Of a DNA stretch of 64,000 nucleotides, positions 1 to 9,532 are shown in pieces. The notes below the pieces were generated by a model, which saw nothing but the letters and a program-made list of their open reading frames with translations, searched no databases and was not told where the DNA came from. The stretch is from an uncultured Candidatus Rokubacteria bacterium (GTDB lineage: Bacteria > Methylomirabilota > Methylomirabilia > Rokubacteriales > DASRDR01), in NCBI GenBank assembly GCA_963708025.1, contig CAVPSB010000012.1, positions 384,001 to 448,000 of the forward strand, given 5' to 3'. The number at the start of each line of letters is the position of its first letter. Position 1 is the first letter of the stretch. A program made the position numbers and the translations under genes.

Positions 1-664
1 GCAGGAGCAGGCGGCGCGCCAGCAGCTCGACCTGCTCCGCGCGGGATCGCGCCCCGAGCAGATCGAGGCGGCCCGGGCCGAGGTCCGCCAGGCGCGCGAG
101 CGGCTCGGCCTCCTCGAGGCGGGGCCGCGCCCGAACCAGGTGGAGGCGGCCCAGGCCGAGGTGCGCCAGGCCCGCCAGCGGCTCGCGCTGCTCGAGGCCG
201 GGCCGCGGCCGGGCCAAGTGGAGGCGGCGCGGGCCCAGGTCGCCCAGGCGGAGGCGGCGCTGGCGCAGGCCCGCGCCCGGCTCGCCGACGCCCGCATCGA
301 GGCGCCGCTCGACGGGGTCGTCCTGCGCAAGAACCTCGAGCCGGGCGCCACGGCGACGCCGGGCACGCCGGTGCTGACCCTCGTCGATCCGGGGGACCTC
401 TGGCTGCGCGCCTACATCCCGGAGGTGGACCTTGGCCGGGTTCGCATCGGCCAGCCGGCGCGCGTCACCGTCGACGCGTTCCCGGGCCAGGGATTCGAGG
501 GTCGCATCAGCGAGATCGCGTCGGAGGCGGAGTTCACGCCGCGAAACGTCCAGACCCAGAAGGAGCGCGTGAACCTGGTCTTCCGCGTCAAGATCGCCAT
601 CGCCAACCCCGACGGTCGCCTGAAGCCGGGCATGCCGGCCGACGCCGTCCTCGCGACGCCATGA
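1..664 (+). CDS. HlyD/YbhG-family efflux periplasmic adaptor subunit (5' truncated by window edge)
   Basis: Frame open from base 2; coiled-coil repeats, then APLDGVV lipoyl half-motif and EAEFTPRNVQTQKERVNLVFRVK...LKPGMPAD typical of YbhG-type MFPs; precedes ABC ATPase and permease. Confidence 0.9.
   Translation, partial: QEQAARQQLDLLRAGSRPEQIEAARAEVRQARERLGLLEAGPRPNQVEAAQAEVRQARQRLALLEAGPRPGQVEAARAQVAQAEAALAQARARLADARIEAPLDGVVLRKNLEPGATATPGTPVLTLVDPGDLWLRAYIPEVDLGRVRIGQPARVTVDAFPGQGFEGRISEIASEAEFTPRNVQTQKERVNLVFRVKIAIANPDGRLKPGMPADAVLATP
26..259 (+). repeat. Three tandem 78-nt (26-aa) units in the HlyD alpha-hairpin
   Basis: Units start at 26, 104 and 182: LDLLRAGSRPEQIEAARAEVRQARER / LGLLEAGPRPNQVEAAQAEVRQARQR / LALLEAGPRPGQVEAARAQVAQAEAA. 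Confidence 0.85.
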
Positions 665-1119
665 GGCCCGGGATGGCGGAGCGGCCACACGGGCGGGCGG
701 GCCTCCAGGCGCTCCCCGAGCACGTCCGCTTGGCCCGGGCCTTCGCCGGCTGGGTGGACGCCGACCCCGACTGGGAGCGGCTGGCCCCGGTGCCGTTCAG
801 CACGGTCTGCTTCCGGCTCCGGCCGCGGGGCTGGGCCGCCGACGACGCGCGGCTGAACCCGCTGAACGAGCGGCTCCGGGAGGCGGTCACCGCGACGGGC
901 GCGGTCTTCCTCTCCCACGCCGTCCTCCCGCTCGTGCCCGGCTCCCCAGCGCATGGCGCCTCCCCGGAGGCGGGCGCGGCGGAATCCCGCGCCTCCCGGT
1001 ACGCCCTCCGGCTGGCCATCCGCCAGCTCCGCACCGAGGAGCGCGACGTTCGGCAGGCGTGGGAGATCCTCCGGGCCGAGGCGCTCCGGCTGGGCGCCAC
1101 GCCGCCCCTCCTGGCGTGA
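661..1119 (+). pseudogene. Isolated C-terminal small domain of a group II PLP-dependent (aromatic amino acid) decarboxylase
   Basis: HVRLARAFAGWVDADPDWERLAPVPFSTVCFR...NERLREAV..TGAVFLSH...RYALRLAI matches the AADC C-terminus; PLP-binding domain and catalytic Lys absent. Confidence 0.7.
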
Positions 1120-1209
1120 GCGCGTCCCTGAGAAGCGGGTTCGTCCGGCCCCCCCTCCCCCCCGGTGGGTGGGGGAGGGGGGCTGGGGGGGTAGGCGGGA
1201 GGTCCCCAA
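1118..1209 (+). repeat. G-rich palindromic intergenic element, family A copy
   Basis: CCCCCCTCCCCCCC-GGTGGGT-GGGGGAGGGGGG hairpin followed by GGGGGGGTAGGCGGGAGGTCCC tail shared with other copies. Confidence 0.85.
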
Positions 1210-2176
1210 CTGACGCCCGCCGTTGTCACCGAGGGTCTGACCAAGCGCTTCGGCCGGTTCACCGCGGTGGATCACGTGAACCTGCTGGTGCCGAGCGGCG
1301 AGCTGTACGGCTTCCTGGGCCCGAACGGCTCCGGCAAGACGACGACGCTCCGGATGCTGTGCGGCATCCTGGAGCCGACCGAGGGCGGGGGCCGCGTCCT
1401 CGGCTTCGACCTCCGAGCCGAGCCGGAGCGGATCAAGGCCGCGATCGGCTACATGTCGCAGCGCTTCTCCCTGTACGACGACCTCACCGCCGAGGAGAAC
1501 GTCACCTTCTACGCCACCGTCTACGGGGTGCCGGGCCGGGAGCGCGCGGAGCGCATCCAGCGGATGATCCAGCTCGCCGACCTCGTGGGGCGCGAGGACA
1601 CGCTGGCCGGCCGGCTCTCCGGCGGGTACCGGCAGCGGCTGGCCCTGGCCTGCGCCCTGGTCCACGCGCCGCGCCTCGTGTTCCTCGACGAGCCGACCGC
1701 CGGGGTCGACCCCGTCTCCCGGCGGACCTTCTGGGAGCTGATCCGGCGCCTGGCCGACGGCGGGGTCACGATCGTCGTCACCACGCACTACATGGACGAG
1801 GCGGAGCACTGTGACCGGCTCGGGTTCATCTACCAGGGCCAGCTCATCGCCCAGGGGACCCCGGTGGCGATCAAGACCCAGACGTTCCGGAAGCCGGTCT
1901 TCCAGGTCGAGACCGCCGACCCCCGCCGGGCGGCCGACGTCCTCGCCGACTGGCCGGCCGCCGAGGAGGTGATCCGCTACGGGGCCCTGATCCGTGTCGT
2001 CGCGGCCGAGGAGACCCTGACGGCGGACGCGGTCGCCGCCGAGCTGCGGGCGAAGGGGCTTCCGGCGAGCGTCGTCCCGGTGGCGCCGTCGGTGGAGGAC
2101 CTCTTCATCTCGTTCGTCGACCGGGAGCGGAAGACGCGGCTGCGCGCGCAGCTCCGCGCCCTCACCGTCGACCTGA
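1210..2176 (+). CDS. ABC transporter ATP-binding protein (YbhF/CcmA-like); start probably CTG at 1210, 3' end uncertain (stop lost by +1 base, or fusion to permease)
   Basis: TEGLTKRFGRFTAVDHV, Walker A GPNGSGKT, signature LSGG, Walker B VFLDEPT, TTHYMDEAE; TGA at 2174-2176 is one base out of frame. Confidence 0.85.
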
Positions 2177-2191
2177 GCGGAGCGAGCCCCC

Positions 2192-3311
2192 ATGCGCCTG
2201 GTCGGGATGATGTGGAAGGAGTTCCTCCAGCTCCGGCGCGACCCGATGGCGCTCACGCTCACGCTGTTCATCCCGGTCGCCCTCCTGTTCATCTTCGGCT
2301 ACGCCATCAACACCGACGTCAAGCATCTCCCGACGGTGGTCTTCGACCAGTCCCGCGACGTGGAGGCCCAGACCCTGCTGGAGGCCTTCGCCAACAGCCA
2401 GTACTTCGACCTCCGCTACGCCGCGCGCTCGCAGGCGGAGGTGACCCGGCTCATCGACACCGGGCGGGCCAAGGTCGGGATCGTGATCCCGCCCGACTTC
2501 GCCGCGAGGCTCCGCGGGCGCGGGGGGGCGGCGATCCAGGTGATCGTGGACGCCTCGGACCCGCAGGTGGCCGGCTCGGCCATGAACGCCGCCACCGCCC
2601 TCGGGCTCTCCCGCTCGATCGACCTCCTGCGGCAGACGGCCGGTGGCGCCCGGCTCGACCGCGTCCAGGGCCTCGAGGTGCGGATCCGCGCCTGGTACAA
2701 CCCCGACCAGGAGTCGGCCCTGTTCATCGTGCCCGGGCTGATCGGCGCCCTCCTGATGCAGACGACGATCACGATCATGGCCGTCGCGGTCGTCCGCGAG
2801 CGCGAGCGCGGCACCCTGGAGGCGCTCGTCGTGAGCCCGCTCCGGCGCTGGGAGATCATGCTGGGGAAGATCGTTCCCAACCTGCTGGTGGCGTACGGCC
2901 AGATGACCCTGGCGCTCCTGGTCGCCCACTACGTCTTCGCGGTGCCCATCCGGGGGAGCGTCGGCCTCCTCTACGGCGGTGTCGGCGCTCTTCATGATGG
3001 GGACCCTCGGCATCGGCATCTACGTCTCGACGCTCTCCCGGACCGTGCCGCAGGCGATGCAGCTCGGGTTCCTGGCCATCCTGCCGTCCATCTACCTCTC
3101 GGGGCTCCTGTTCCCGCTGGAGGGGATGCCGGAGCCGGCCCAGTACCTGGCCCGCCTCCTGCCCATCACCTACTTCCTCCGGATCATCCGCGGCATCGTG
3201 CTCAAGGGGACCGGGCTCGACCAGCTCTGGCCCGACATCTGGCCCCTGGTCGCCTTCGGCGTGGTGATCTTCACGCTGTCGGTGCTCCGCTTCCGCAAGT
3301 CCCTCGACTGA
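2192..3311 (+). CDS. ABC-2 type exporter permease (YbhR/YbhS-like), frameshift near 2975
   Basis: KEFLQLRRD N-terminus, WYNP, VPGLIG, VRERERGTLEAL, then LSGLLFPLEGMP in the next frame (ORF 2979-3311). Confidence 0.88.
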
Positions 3312-3413
3312 GCGTGTGAAGAAATCGGCTTCTCCGGCCCCCTCCCCCCGCCACAGGCCGAAGGCCGTCCAACGGTGGGGGAGGGGGGTTGGGGGGTGGG
3401 CGGGAGGTGCGGA
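3310..3413 (+). repeat. Family A element with GGCC-GAA-GGCC loop insert
   Basis: GAGCGTGTGAAG...CCCCCTCCCCCCG-CCACAGGCCGAAGGCCGTCCAACGGT-GGGGGAGGGGGG-TTGGGGGGTGGGCGGGAGGT. Confidence 0.85.
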
Positions 3414-3418
3414 TCAAC

Positions 3419-3424
3419 TATAAT
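3419..3424 (+). promoter_or_regulatory. -10 box TATAAT 6 nt before ATG 3431 (leaderless-type promoter)
   Basis: TATAAT-gccgcc-ATG; a perfect AT-rich hexamer in very GC-rich DNA with no room for an SD. Confidence 0.6.
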
Positions 3425-3430
3425 GCCGCC

Positions 3431-4788
3431 ATGCGCCTGCCGCTGAGCCGGGTCGCCCGGGCCGTCCTCCTGGTGGTGGTCCTGGCCCCGGCCGGCTCAC
3501 CGTGGGCCCAGACCCCAGCCGCGGCGCCCCCCCTCGCCGACCGCCTGACCCTTCCCAACGGGCTGGTCGTCCTCGTGGCCGAGCGTCACGCGCTCCCGAT
3601 CGTGACCGTCCGGGTGTCGGTCGGCGCCGGAGCCGTCCTCGACCCCGCCGACAAGCCCGGCCTGGCCAACCTCACCGCGCTCGCGCTCCTCCTGGGCACC
3701 CCGACCCGCAGCGCGTTCGAGATCGACCGGGCGATCGAGTTCGTCGGCGGGAGCCTCGACGCCGAGGGCGGCCGCGACTGGAGCGAGCTGGCCCTCGCCG
3801 TCCTCCGCAAGGACCTCGGGCTCGGGCTGGACCTCCTGGCCGACGTGCTCCTCCGGCCGGCGTTCCCGGCCGACGACGTCGAGCGGAAGCGGGGAGAGGT
3901 GCAGGCCTCGGTCCGGCGCTCGGAAGAGGATCCGGAGACCGTGGCGGCGCGACTGTTCCGCCGGCTGATCTTCCCGGGCCACCCGTACTCGAGCCCGATC
4001 GACGGGAACCGAGGAGTCGCTGGGGCGCATCACCCGCGCCGACGTCGCCGCCTTCTACCGGGCCGCCTACCGGCCGGAGACCACGGTCGTCGCCGTGGTG
4101 GGCGACGTCACGGTGGGGGAGGTGCGGGACGCGCTGACCGCGCGCCTGGGCGGATGGCGCCGCCCGGAGCCGCCGCCCGCGGCTCCCGGAATGGTCACCC
4201 TGGGCGCCCCGGCCCGGACCGAGATGGTCCAGCGGGACCTCACGCAGGCCACCGTGTTCATCGGGCAGGCCACCATCACGCGGCCCCACCCGGATCACTA
4301 CCCCCTGGTGGTCGCGAGCCAGATCCTCGGCGGAGGCTCGTCGTCACGCCTCTACAGCCGGGTCCGCGAGGAGCGCGGCCTCGCCTACAGCGTCTACGCC
4401 CAGTACGGTCCGGCCCGGTACGGCGGCATGCTACTGGTGGGGTTCCAGAGCGAGAACGCCCGGGTGCGCGAGGTGCTCACGCTGGTGCGCGAGGAGCTGG
4501 TGCGCCTCCGGCGGGAGCCGGTCAGCGACGAGGAGCTGGCCCGGGCCAAGGCCTACCTCGTCGGCAGCTTCCCGCTCCGCATGGACACCAATGCCGAGCT
4601 GGCCACGCTGCTGCTCGCCGTCGAGCGGTTCGAGCTCGGGCTCGACTATCCGGCGCGCTACCGCCGGGCGGTGCGAGGCGGTGACGGCGGAGGCCGTCCT
4701 CCGCGCGGTCCGCGCCAATTGGGACCCCGACCTGATGAGCCTGGCCATCGTGGCGAACGTGCGCGACGCCGGGCTGTCCACCCCCTGA
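3431..4788 (+). CDS. M16 (pitrilysin) family protein, non-catalytic type, exported; frameshifts near 4007 and 4675
   Basis: Signal peptide, LTLPNGLVVLVAERHALPIV, DPADKPGLANLT (HxxEH absent), ILGGGSSSRLYSRVREERGLAYSV; pieces lie in three frames. Confidence 0.85.
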
Positions 4789-5756
4789 TGTCGCGGTACA
4801 GCGCGGTGGTCCGGTCCGGCGGGGTGCTGGAGGAAGGGCTCACGCCCGACGAGCTGAGCCAGGCCCTCCGGGACCCGGGGACGCGGGCCTGGCTCGACCT
4901 GGAAGCGGCGCCGCCCGAGGAGATCGCGGCGCTGGAGGGCTGTTTCGGCTTCCATCCCCTCGCGGTGGAGGACGCCCAGAACCCCGACACCCGGCCGACC
5001 ACGGAGGAGTACGACGGCTTCCTCTTCGTGGTCACGCGCGGCGTGCGTCACACCCCCGGCGAGACCCCGCTCGAGCTCCTCACCATGTTCATCTTCCTCC
5101 AGGACCGGCTCATCGTGACCGTGCACGACAAGCCGATGCGCAGCATCGCGACGGCCCAGGAGCGGCTGCGCAAGCACCCGGAGCTGCTCGGTGACGGCCC
5201 CGACCGGCTCCTCCACCACCTGCTCGACCAGGTGGTGGACCACTACTTCCCGATCGTCGAGGAGCTGGAAGACCGCGTCGAGGCGCTGGAGGACGAGGTG
5301 TTCACGCGGCCCCGGCGTGGCGTGCTGCAGCGCATCTTCGTGGCCCGCAAGCACCTGGTGCTGTTGCGCCGGAGCATGGGGCCGCTGCGGGAGGTGCTGA
5401 CCAACCTCATGAGTGGCGTCCCCCACGTCCGCGCCGAGCTGCGCCCATTCTTCCGCGACGTCCACGACCACATCCTGAGAATCCTCGACGAGGTCGAGAC
5501 CAACCGCGAGGTCCTGTCGGGGCTGCTCGAGAGCTACCTCTCGCAGGTGAACAACCGACTGGCCGACGTGATGAAGACGCTGACCGCGCTCGCCACCATC
5601 GGCCTGCCGTTCACGATCGTGTCGGGGTTCTTCGGGATGAACTTCGAGGCGCTGCCGTGGATCAAGCAGCCGTGGGGGGTGGCCGCCGCCGTCGGCGTCA
5701 TGGTCGTGATCGCGAGCAGCCTGTTTCTTCTTTTCCGGCAGCGGCGGTGGCTGTGA
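4788..5756 (+). CDS. corA: Magnesium/cobalt transporter CorA
   Basis: WLDL, FHPLAVED, two C-terminal TM helices with GFFGMNF signature; ATG overlaps the upstream TGA. Confidence 0.92.
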   Translation: MSRYSAVVRSGGVLEEGLTPDELSQALRDPGTRAWLDLEAAPPEEIAALEGCFGFHPLAVEDAQNPDTRPTTEEYDGFLFVVTRGVRHTPGETPLELLTMFIFLQDRLIVTVHDKPMRSIATAQERLRKHPELLGDGPDRLLHHLLDQVVDHYFPIVEELEDRVEALEDEVFTRPRRGVLQRIFVARKHLVLLRRSMGPLREVLTNLMSGVPHVRAELRPFFRDVHDHILRILDEVETNREVLSGLLESYLSQVNNRLADVMKTLTALATIGLPFTIVSGFFGMNFEALPWIKQPWGVAAAVGVMVVIASSLFLLFRQRRWL

Positions 5757-6337
5757 GGACGGGGCGCGCGGCGGGCCTGGCGTTCGTTCTCGCGGGGCTG
5801 GTGGCCGCCCCCGGCCTGGTCGCGGCGATCATCCCGGAGCTGTCGCCGGCCGACGTCGAGCAGGCGCTGGAGGTCGGCCGCGAGGCGATGGTGCAGGAAG
5901 ACTTCGGCGACGAGTGGCGGCTCCCGCTGCCGGACGGCGGCGAGATCGTCGTGAGCACGCCGTTCTCGCGGCTGACGCTGGCGGCGCGGCAGGCGGCGCT
6001 GAAGGGGGAGGCGCTCACCGACAAGCAGCGCCAGGAGCAGATCGACCGCGGGAAAGGCAAGATCCAGCTCCTCGTCACCATGCACGGCCGGACGGCGGAT
6101 TTCGCCCGGTGGTATCAGCCCGTGCTCCGGGTCGCGGGCCGGGAGGTGAAGGCGACCTTCACCCAGAACGAGCGGACGGCGCTCAGACTCGAGGACGGGC
6201 GGTACGCGGCGCGGAACGTCTACGTCTTCCCGCTGGAGGGGATCGCGCCCCGGGGCACGGTCACGCTGGTCGTGCGCCACGCCGTGGATCAGAAGGAGAT
6301 CATGCAGCAGACGCTCGACCTCTCGAAGATGCGCTAG
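5753..6337 (+). CDS. Hypothetical exported protein
   Basis: GTG overlaps the corA stop (GTGA); signal-peptide-like N-terminus; coding-like codon usage. Confidence 0.7.
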   Translation: MRTGRAAGLAFVLAGLVAAPGLVAAIIPELSPADVEQALEVGREAMVQEDFGDEWRLPLPDGGEIVVSTPFSRLTLAARQAALKGEALTDKQRQEQIDRGKGKIQLLVTMHGRTADFARWYQPVLRVAGREVKATFTQNERTALRLEDGRYAARNVYVFPLEGIAPRGTVTLVVRHAVDQKEIMQQTLDLSKMR

Positions 6338-6383
6338 CGGGCGGGGCCGATGACCATCGCATCGCGTCGTCCTCGGTCGGGAC

Positions 6384-6539
6384 ACCGCCGAGGAGCTGAT
6401 CGGGCTCTGCCGGGAGCGGATCGCGGCGTACAAGGTGCCGGCGATCCTGGAGCTCGTGGCGATGCTGCCGAAGAGCCCGACCGGCAAGATCCTCAAGAAG
6501 GACCTGCGCGATGTCGGACCGCCGAATGGTGTAAGATAG
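6384..6539 (+). pseudogene. Remnant of acyl-CoA synthetase (AMP-binding enzyme C-terminal domain)
   Basis: TAEELIGLCRERIAAYKVPAILELVAMLPKSPTGKILKKDLR contains the A10 motif; preceded by a piece of repeat family C (6356-6379) instead of the rest of the gene. Confidence 0.8.
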
Positions 6540-6573
6540 CCGGCGAGCCCCGGTGAGAGGCTCGAGGAGGGCC

Positions 6574-7554
6574 ATGATGCGACGTAGCTCGATCGTCTGC
6601 GCGATCTTCGCGCTGTTCCTGACCTCGCTGGTCGTGACCGCCGTCGCCGAGGCGCGGGCGGGCGGCGGATTCTCGGGCGGCAGCCGGGGCTCGCGCTCCT
6701 ACTCGGCCCCGCGGAGCCCCTCGGCGCCGGCGAGCCCCACCTCGCCGCAACGGGGGCTTTCCTCCCCGACCCAGCCCCAGCGGCCAGGATTCGGGTTTGG
6801 CGGCATGGGTGGCATGATCGGGGGCTTCCTCCTCGGCGGACTCCTGGGCGGGCTCCTGTTCGGTGGGCTCGGCCACGGGCTCGGCGGGTTCGGCGGAATC
6901 GGACTGATGGATATCCTGCTGATCGCCGGCATCGGCTACCTGGCCTTCGCCTTCTTCCGCCGCCGCCAGCCCCAGCCGGCCTACGCAGGGGCACCGGGGC
7001 GCTCGGAGTGGGCGCCCACGGAGACCGCGATGCCCGAGCGTCCGATGTCCATGGGCTCGACGGTCGCGCCGGCGGTGGGGCCAGCGGTTGGGTTGGTCGA
7101 CGAGGACCTGGATCGCGGCATCGCCGCGATTCGCACGATGGACCCGGCGTTCACCCCGGTGCGCTTCGCCGAGATCAGCCGTGCCGCCTTCCTCCGCGTC
7201 CAGTCCGCCTGGACCGCCCGGGACCTCGGTCCGGTGCGGGCCGATCTGACCGAGGAGATGGCGGGCTCGCTCGAGACCGACCTCACCCGGCTCAAGACGC
7301 TCCGGCGGGTCAACCGCCTGGACAAGCTGACCGTGCAGACGGCCGAGGTGACCGAGGCCTGGCAGGAGTACGGGAAGGATTTCGTGACCGTGCGCTTCCG
7401 GGCGAGCGTCCTCGACTACACGATCGACGAGACGACCGGCGCCGTGGTCGAGGGCAGCAACACCGTCCCGACCGGCTTCGACGAGTACTGGACCTTCGTG
7501 CGGCCGGTCGGTCCCAACCCCTGGCAGCTCTCCGCGATCCAGCAGCCGAGCTGA
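6574..7554 (+). CDS. Tim44 domain-containing membrane protein
   Basis: SD GAGGAGG; AEARAGGGFSGGSRGSRS, Gly-rich TM segment, AFLRVQSAW, TVRFRASVLDY, FDEYWTFVRP..W.LSAIQQ. Confidence 0.88.
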   Translation: MMRRSSIVCAIFALFLTSLVVTAVAEARAGGGFSGGSRGSRSYSAPRSPSAPASPTSPQRGLSSPTQPQRPGFGFGGMGGMIGGFLLGGLLGGLLFGGLGHGLGGFGGIGLMDILLIAGIGYLAFAFFRRRQPQPAYAGAPGRSEWAPTETAMPERPMSMGSTVAPAVGPAVGLVDEDLDRGIAAIRTMDPAFTPVRFAEISRAAFLRVQSAWTARDLGPVRADLTEEMAGSLETDLTRLKTLRRVNRLDKLTVQTAEVTEAWQEYGKDFVTVRFRASVLDYTIDETTGAVVEGSNTVPTGFDEYWTFVRPVGPNPWQLSAIQQPS

Positions 7555-7609
7555 GTTCGGGTCTGACGGGGTCGCCGGCCACGCCGGCGACCCCACCGTC
7601 CACCGAGCC

Positions 7610-9232
7610 ATGCGGGCACGCCGCCTGACGCTCGTCCTGGCCGGCATCGTGGCCGGGGTCCTCGCTCTGGCCGGCGGTCTCCTGCTGAGCCTCCCGTTCC
7701 TGATCGACCTGCCGCGCGTCCAGAGCCTGCTCCGCCTCGAGGCGAGCCGGCTCGTCGATCGGCCCGTCCGCTTCGAGCGCGTCTCGGTGTCGCTGTGGCC
7801 GCTGCCGGCGATCCGGGTGCGCGGCCTCACCGTCGCCGACGCGCCGGGCTTCGGCCCCGACCCGTTCCTGAGCGTCGAGGACGCCCGGGTCCGCGTCCGC
7901 CTCCTCTCGCTCCTGCGGGGACGGCTCTCGTTCGGTGAGGTGACCTTGACCCGGCCGCGCGTCGTCGTCGAGCAGCGACGGGACGGCGCCTGGAACCTCC
8001 CGGCTCCCGGCGGAGGGCGGCCAGGCCCCGCGGCCCCGTTCGCCCTCGTCTCGCGCATGCGTCTCGAGGACGGGAGGGTGGAGATCCGCCTGCCGGCCGA
8101 GACCGGCGGGACGTCCCTCGCGCATCTGGTGGACCGCATCGACGTCGCGCTGGAGGACCTGGGCTGGATCCTGCCGATCCGCCTCCGGGCGACCGCCCGC
8201 CTGCCCGGCGGGGGTCTCGTCGTCGGCCTGGAGGGGCAGGTCGGGCCCCTGGCCGCCGCCGGGGCCGATCTTGCCGCGCTTCCCGCGCGACTGGCGGCCC
8301 GCTTCGCGGCCGAGGAGGCCCGGGCCGCCGGCGCCGGCGGGCTGGGCCTGACGGGCCGGGGGGAAGGCGAGATCCGCGCCGAGGGCCCGCTCGGCAACAT
8401 GGTAGGCGGCGGGCAGCTCCGCTTCGCCCGGCTCACCCTCACCCAGTCGCCGACGTCTTGCGCCCGGCGGGAACCCCACCGCCTCGTGCTGGAAGCCGTC
8501 GAGCTGCCCGTTCGCATCGCCGGACCGAAGGTGACGGTGGAGCCGTTCGCGTTCCGGGTGGCCGGGGGCACCGTCCAGGGCTCGGCGCGCCTCACCTGGC
8601 GGGCCGGGGTTCCGGGGGTCCGCCTCGCCGACGTGCGGGTGCAAGGCGTGTCGGCGGAGCCGGTGCTGGTTGACTTCCTCTGCCAGCCATACGCCGTGAC
8701 AGGGCGGATCGATGGCGCGGGCGAGGTCGAGTTCTCCGGCACGGGCCCGGAGCTGCTTCGTACCGCTCGGGGGTCCTGGCAGGCCGAGTTCGGAGCCGGC
8801 CGCCTGGTGGGACCGGCCGCCCTCAGCCTCCTGTCCGGGGCGATCCGGGTGGGCACGGCGCTCTACTCGGTCGCGAACCTGGACGCCCCGGCCGTCCTCT
8901 TGGCCTCGCCGATCGAGTTTCAGTCCCTGACCGCCTCGGGGTTGACGGGTGAGGGTCAGCTCCGGGTCACCCAGCTCGCGATGCAGAGCCAGCGCCTCCG
9001 CGTGACCGGGAGTGGCACCTACGGGCTCCTCGACACGCGTCTGGACTTCAAGCTCGACGTGAAGAGCGGACGCTCGACGTTCGGTGTCAAGGTCGGCGGG
9101 ACCACCCGGGAGCCGACTTACGCGGCGGAGCCCCGCGGACTCCTCAAGACCCTGACCGAGTTGCTGGGCGCCGCACGCTCGCCGAAGGCGCGCACCTCGC
9201 CAGCCCCTCCCGCCTCCACCGGGGCCCGGTAG
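7610..9232 (+). CDS. AsmA family protein
   Basis: N-terminal TM anchor, SVSLWPLPAIRVRGLTVAD..F, LLSLLRG, GAWN; C-terminal beta-rich GSGTYGLLDTRLDF. Confidence 0.8.
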   Translation: MRARRLTLVLAGIVAGVLALAGGLLLSLPFLIDLPRVQSLLRLEASRLVDRPVRFERVSVSLWPLPAIRVRGLTVADAPGFGPDPFLSVEDARVRVRLLSLLRGRLSFGEVTLTRPRVVVEQRRDGAWNLPAPGGGRPGPAAPFALVSRMRLEDGRVEIRLPAETGGTSLAHLVDRIDVALEDLGWILPIRLRATARLPGGGLVVGLEGQVGPLAAAGADLAALPARLAARFAAEEARAAGAGGLGLTGRGEGEIRAEGPLGNMVGGGQLRFARLTLTQSPTSCARREPHRLVLEAVELPVRIAGPKVTVEPFAFRVAGGTVQGSARLTWRAGVPGVRLADVRVQGVSAEPVLVDFLCQPYAVTGRIDGAGEVEFSGTGPELLRTARGSWQAEFGAGRLVGPAALSLLSGAIRVGTALYSVANLDAPAVLLASPIEFQSLTASGLTGEGQLRVTQLAMQSQRLRVTGSGTYGLLDTRLDFKLDVKSGRSTFGVKVGGTTREPTYAAEPRGLLKTLTELLGAARSPKARTSPAPPASTGAR

Positions 9233-9365
9233 CGCCGGGCCGCCCTGTGGCGTGTCGGCCCCTGCGGGCGCGTGCACGCGTTTTCCAGAGTGTGCTACGC
9301 TGGCACTGTCTCCAGCGTGACAGAAGCCAGGTAAACCGGTCAGGGAAGCGAAGGGGCCGTAGCGT

Positions 9366-9522
9366 GCCGTCCGGCTCCCCATCCCCCGGGTGGGAAGGGG
9401 GCTGGGGGAGTAGGCGGCAGGCCGCGAACTGAGAAAGTCTGAAGGAATGGGGTCCTCCGGCTCCCCTCCCCCCGGTGGGTGGGGGAGGGGGGTTGGGGGG
9501 TGGGCGGGAGGTCCCGAAAGAT
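9366..9522 (+). repeat. Two tandem family A elements (degenerate ~9366-9422; full ~9430-9522)
   Basis: CCGGCTCCCC...GGGTGGGAAGGGGGCTGGGGGAGTAGGCGG and CTCCGGCTCCCCTCCCCCCGGTGGGTGGGGGAGGGGGGTTGGGGGGTGGGCGGGAGGTCCCGAA. Confidence 0.8.
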
Positions 9523-9532
9523 CGTTGGGCCC

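Noticed and set aside
4095-5756. Apparent M16 peptidase-CorA fusion ORF
   Set aside because: A frameshift near 4675 hides the M16 stop at 4786-4788; corA starts at the overlapping ATG 4788.
9301-9316. Sigma54 promoter TGGCAC upstream of the histidine kinase
   Set aside because: GG-to-GC spacing is 11 rather than 10 and TTGC is absent; an extended -10 (TGCTACGCT) just upstream fits better.
9325-9365. SRP RNA-like stretch (CCGGTCAGG..GGAAGC)
   Set aside because: Lacks the conserved CAGG-stem-GNRA-AGCAG helix 8 arrangement.
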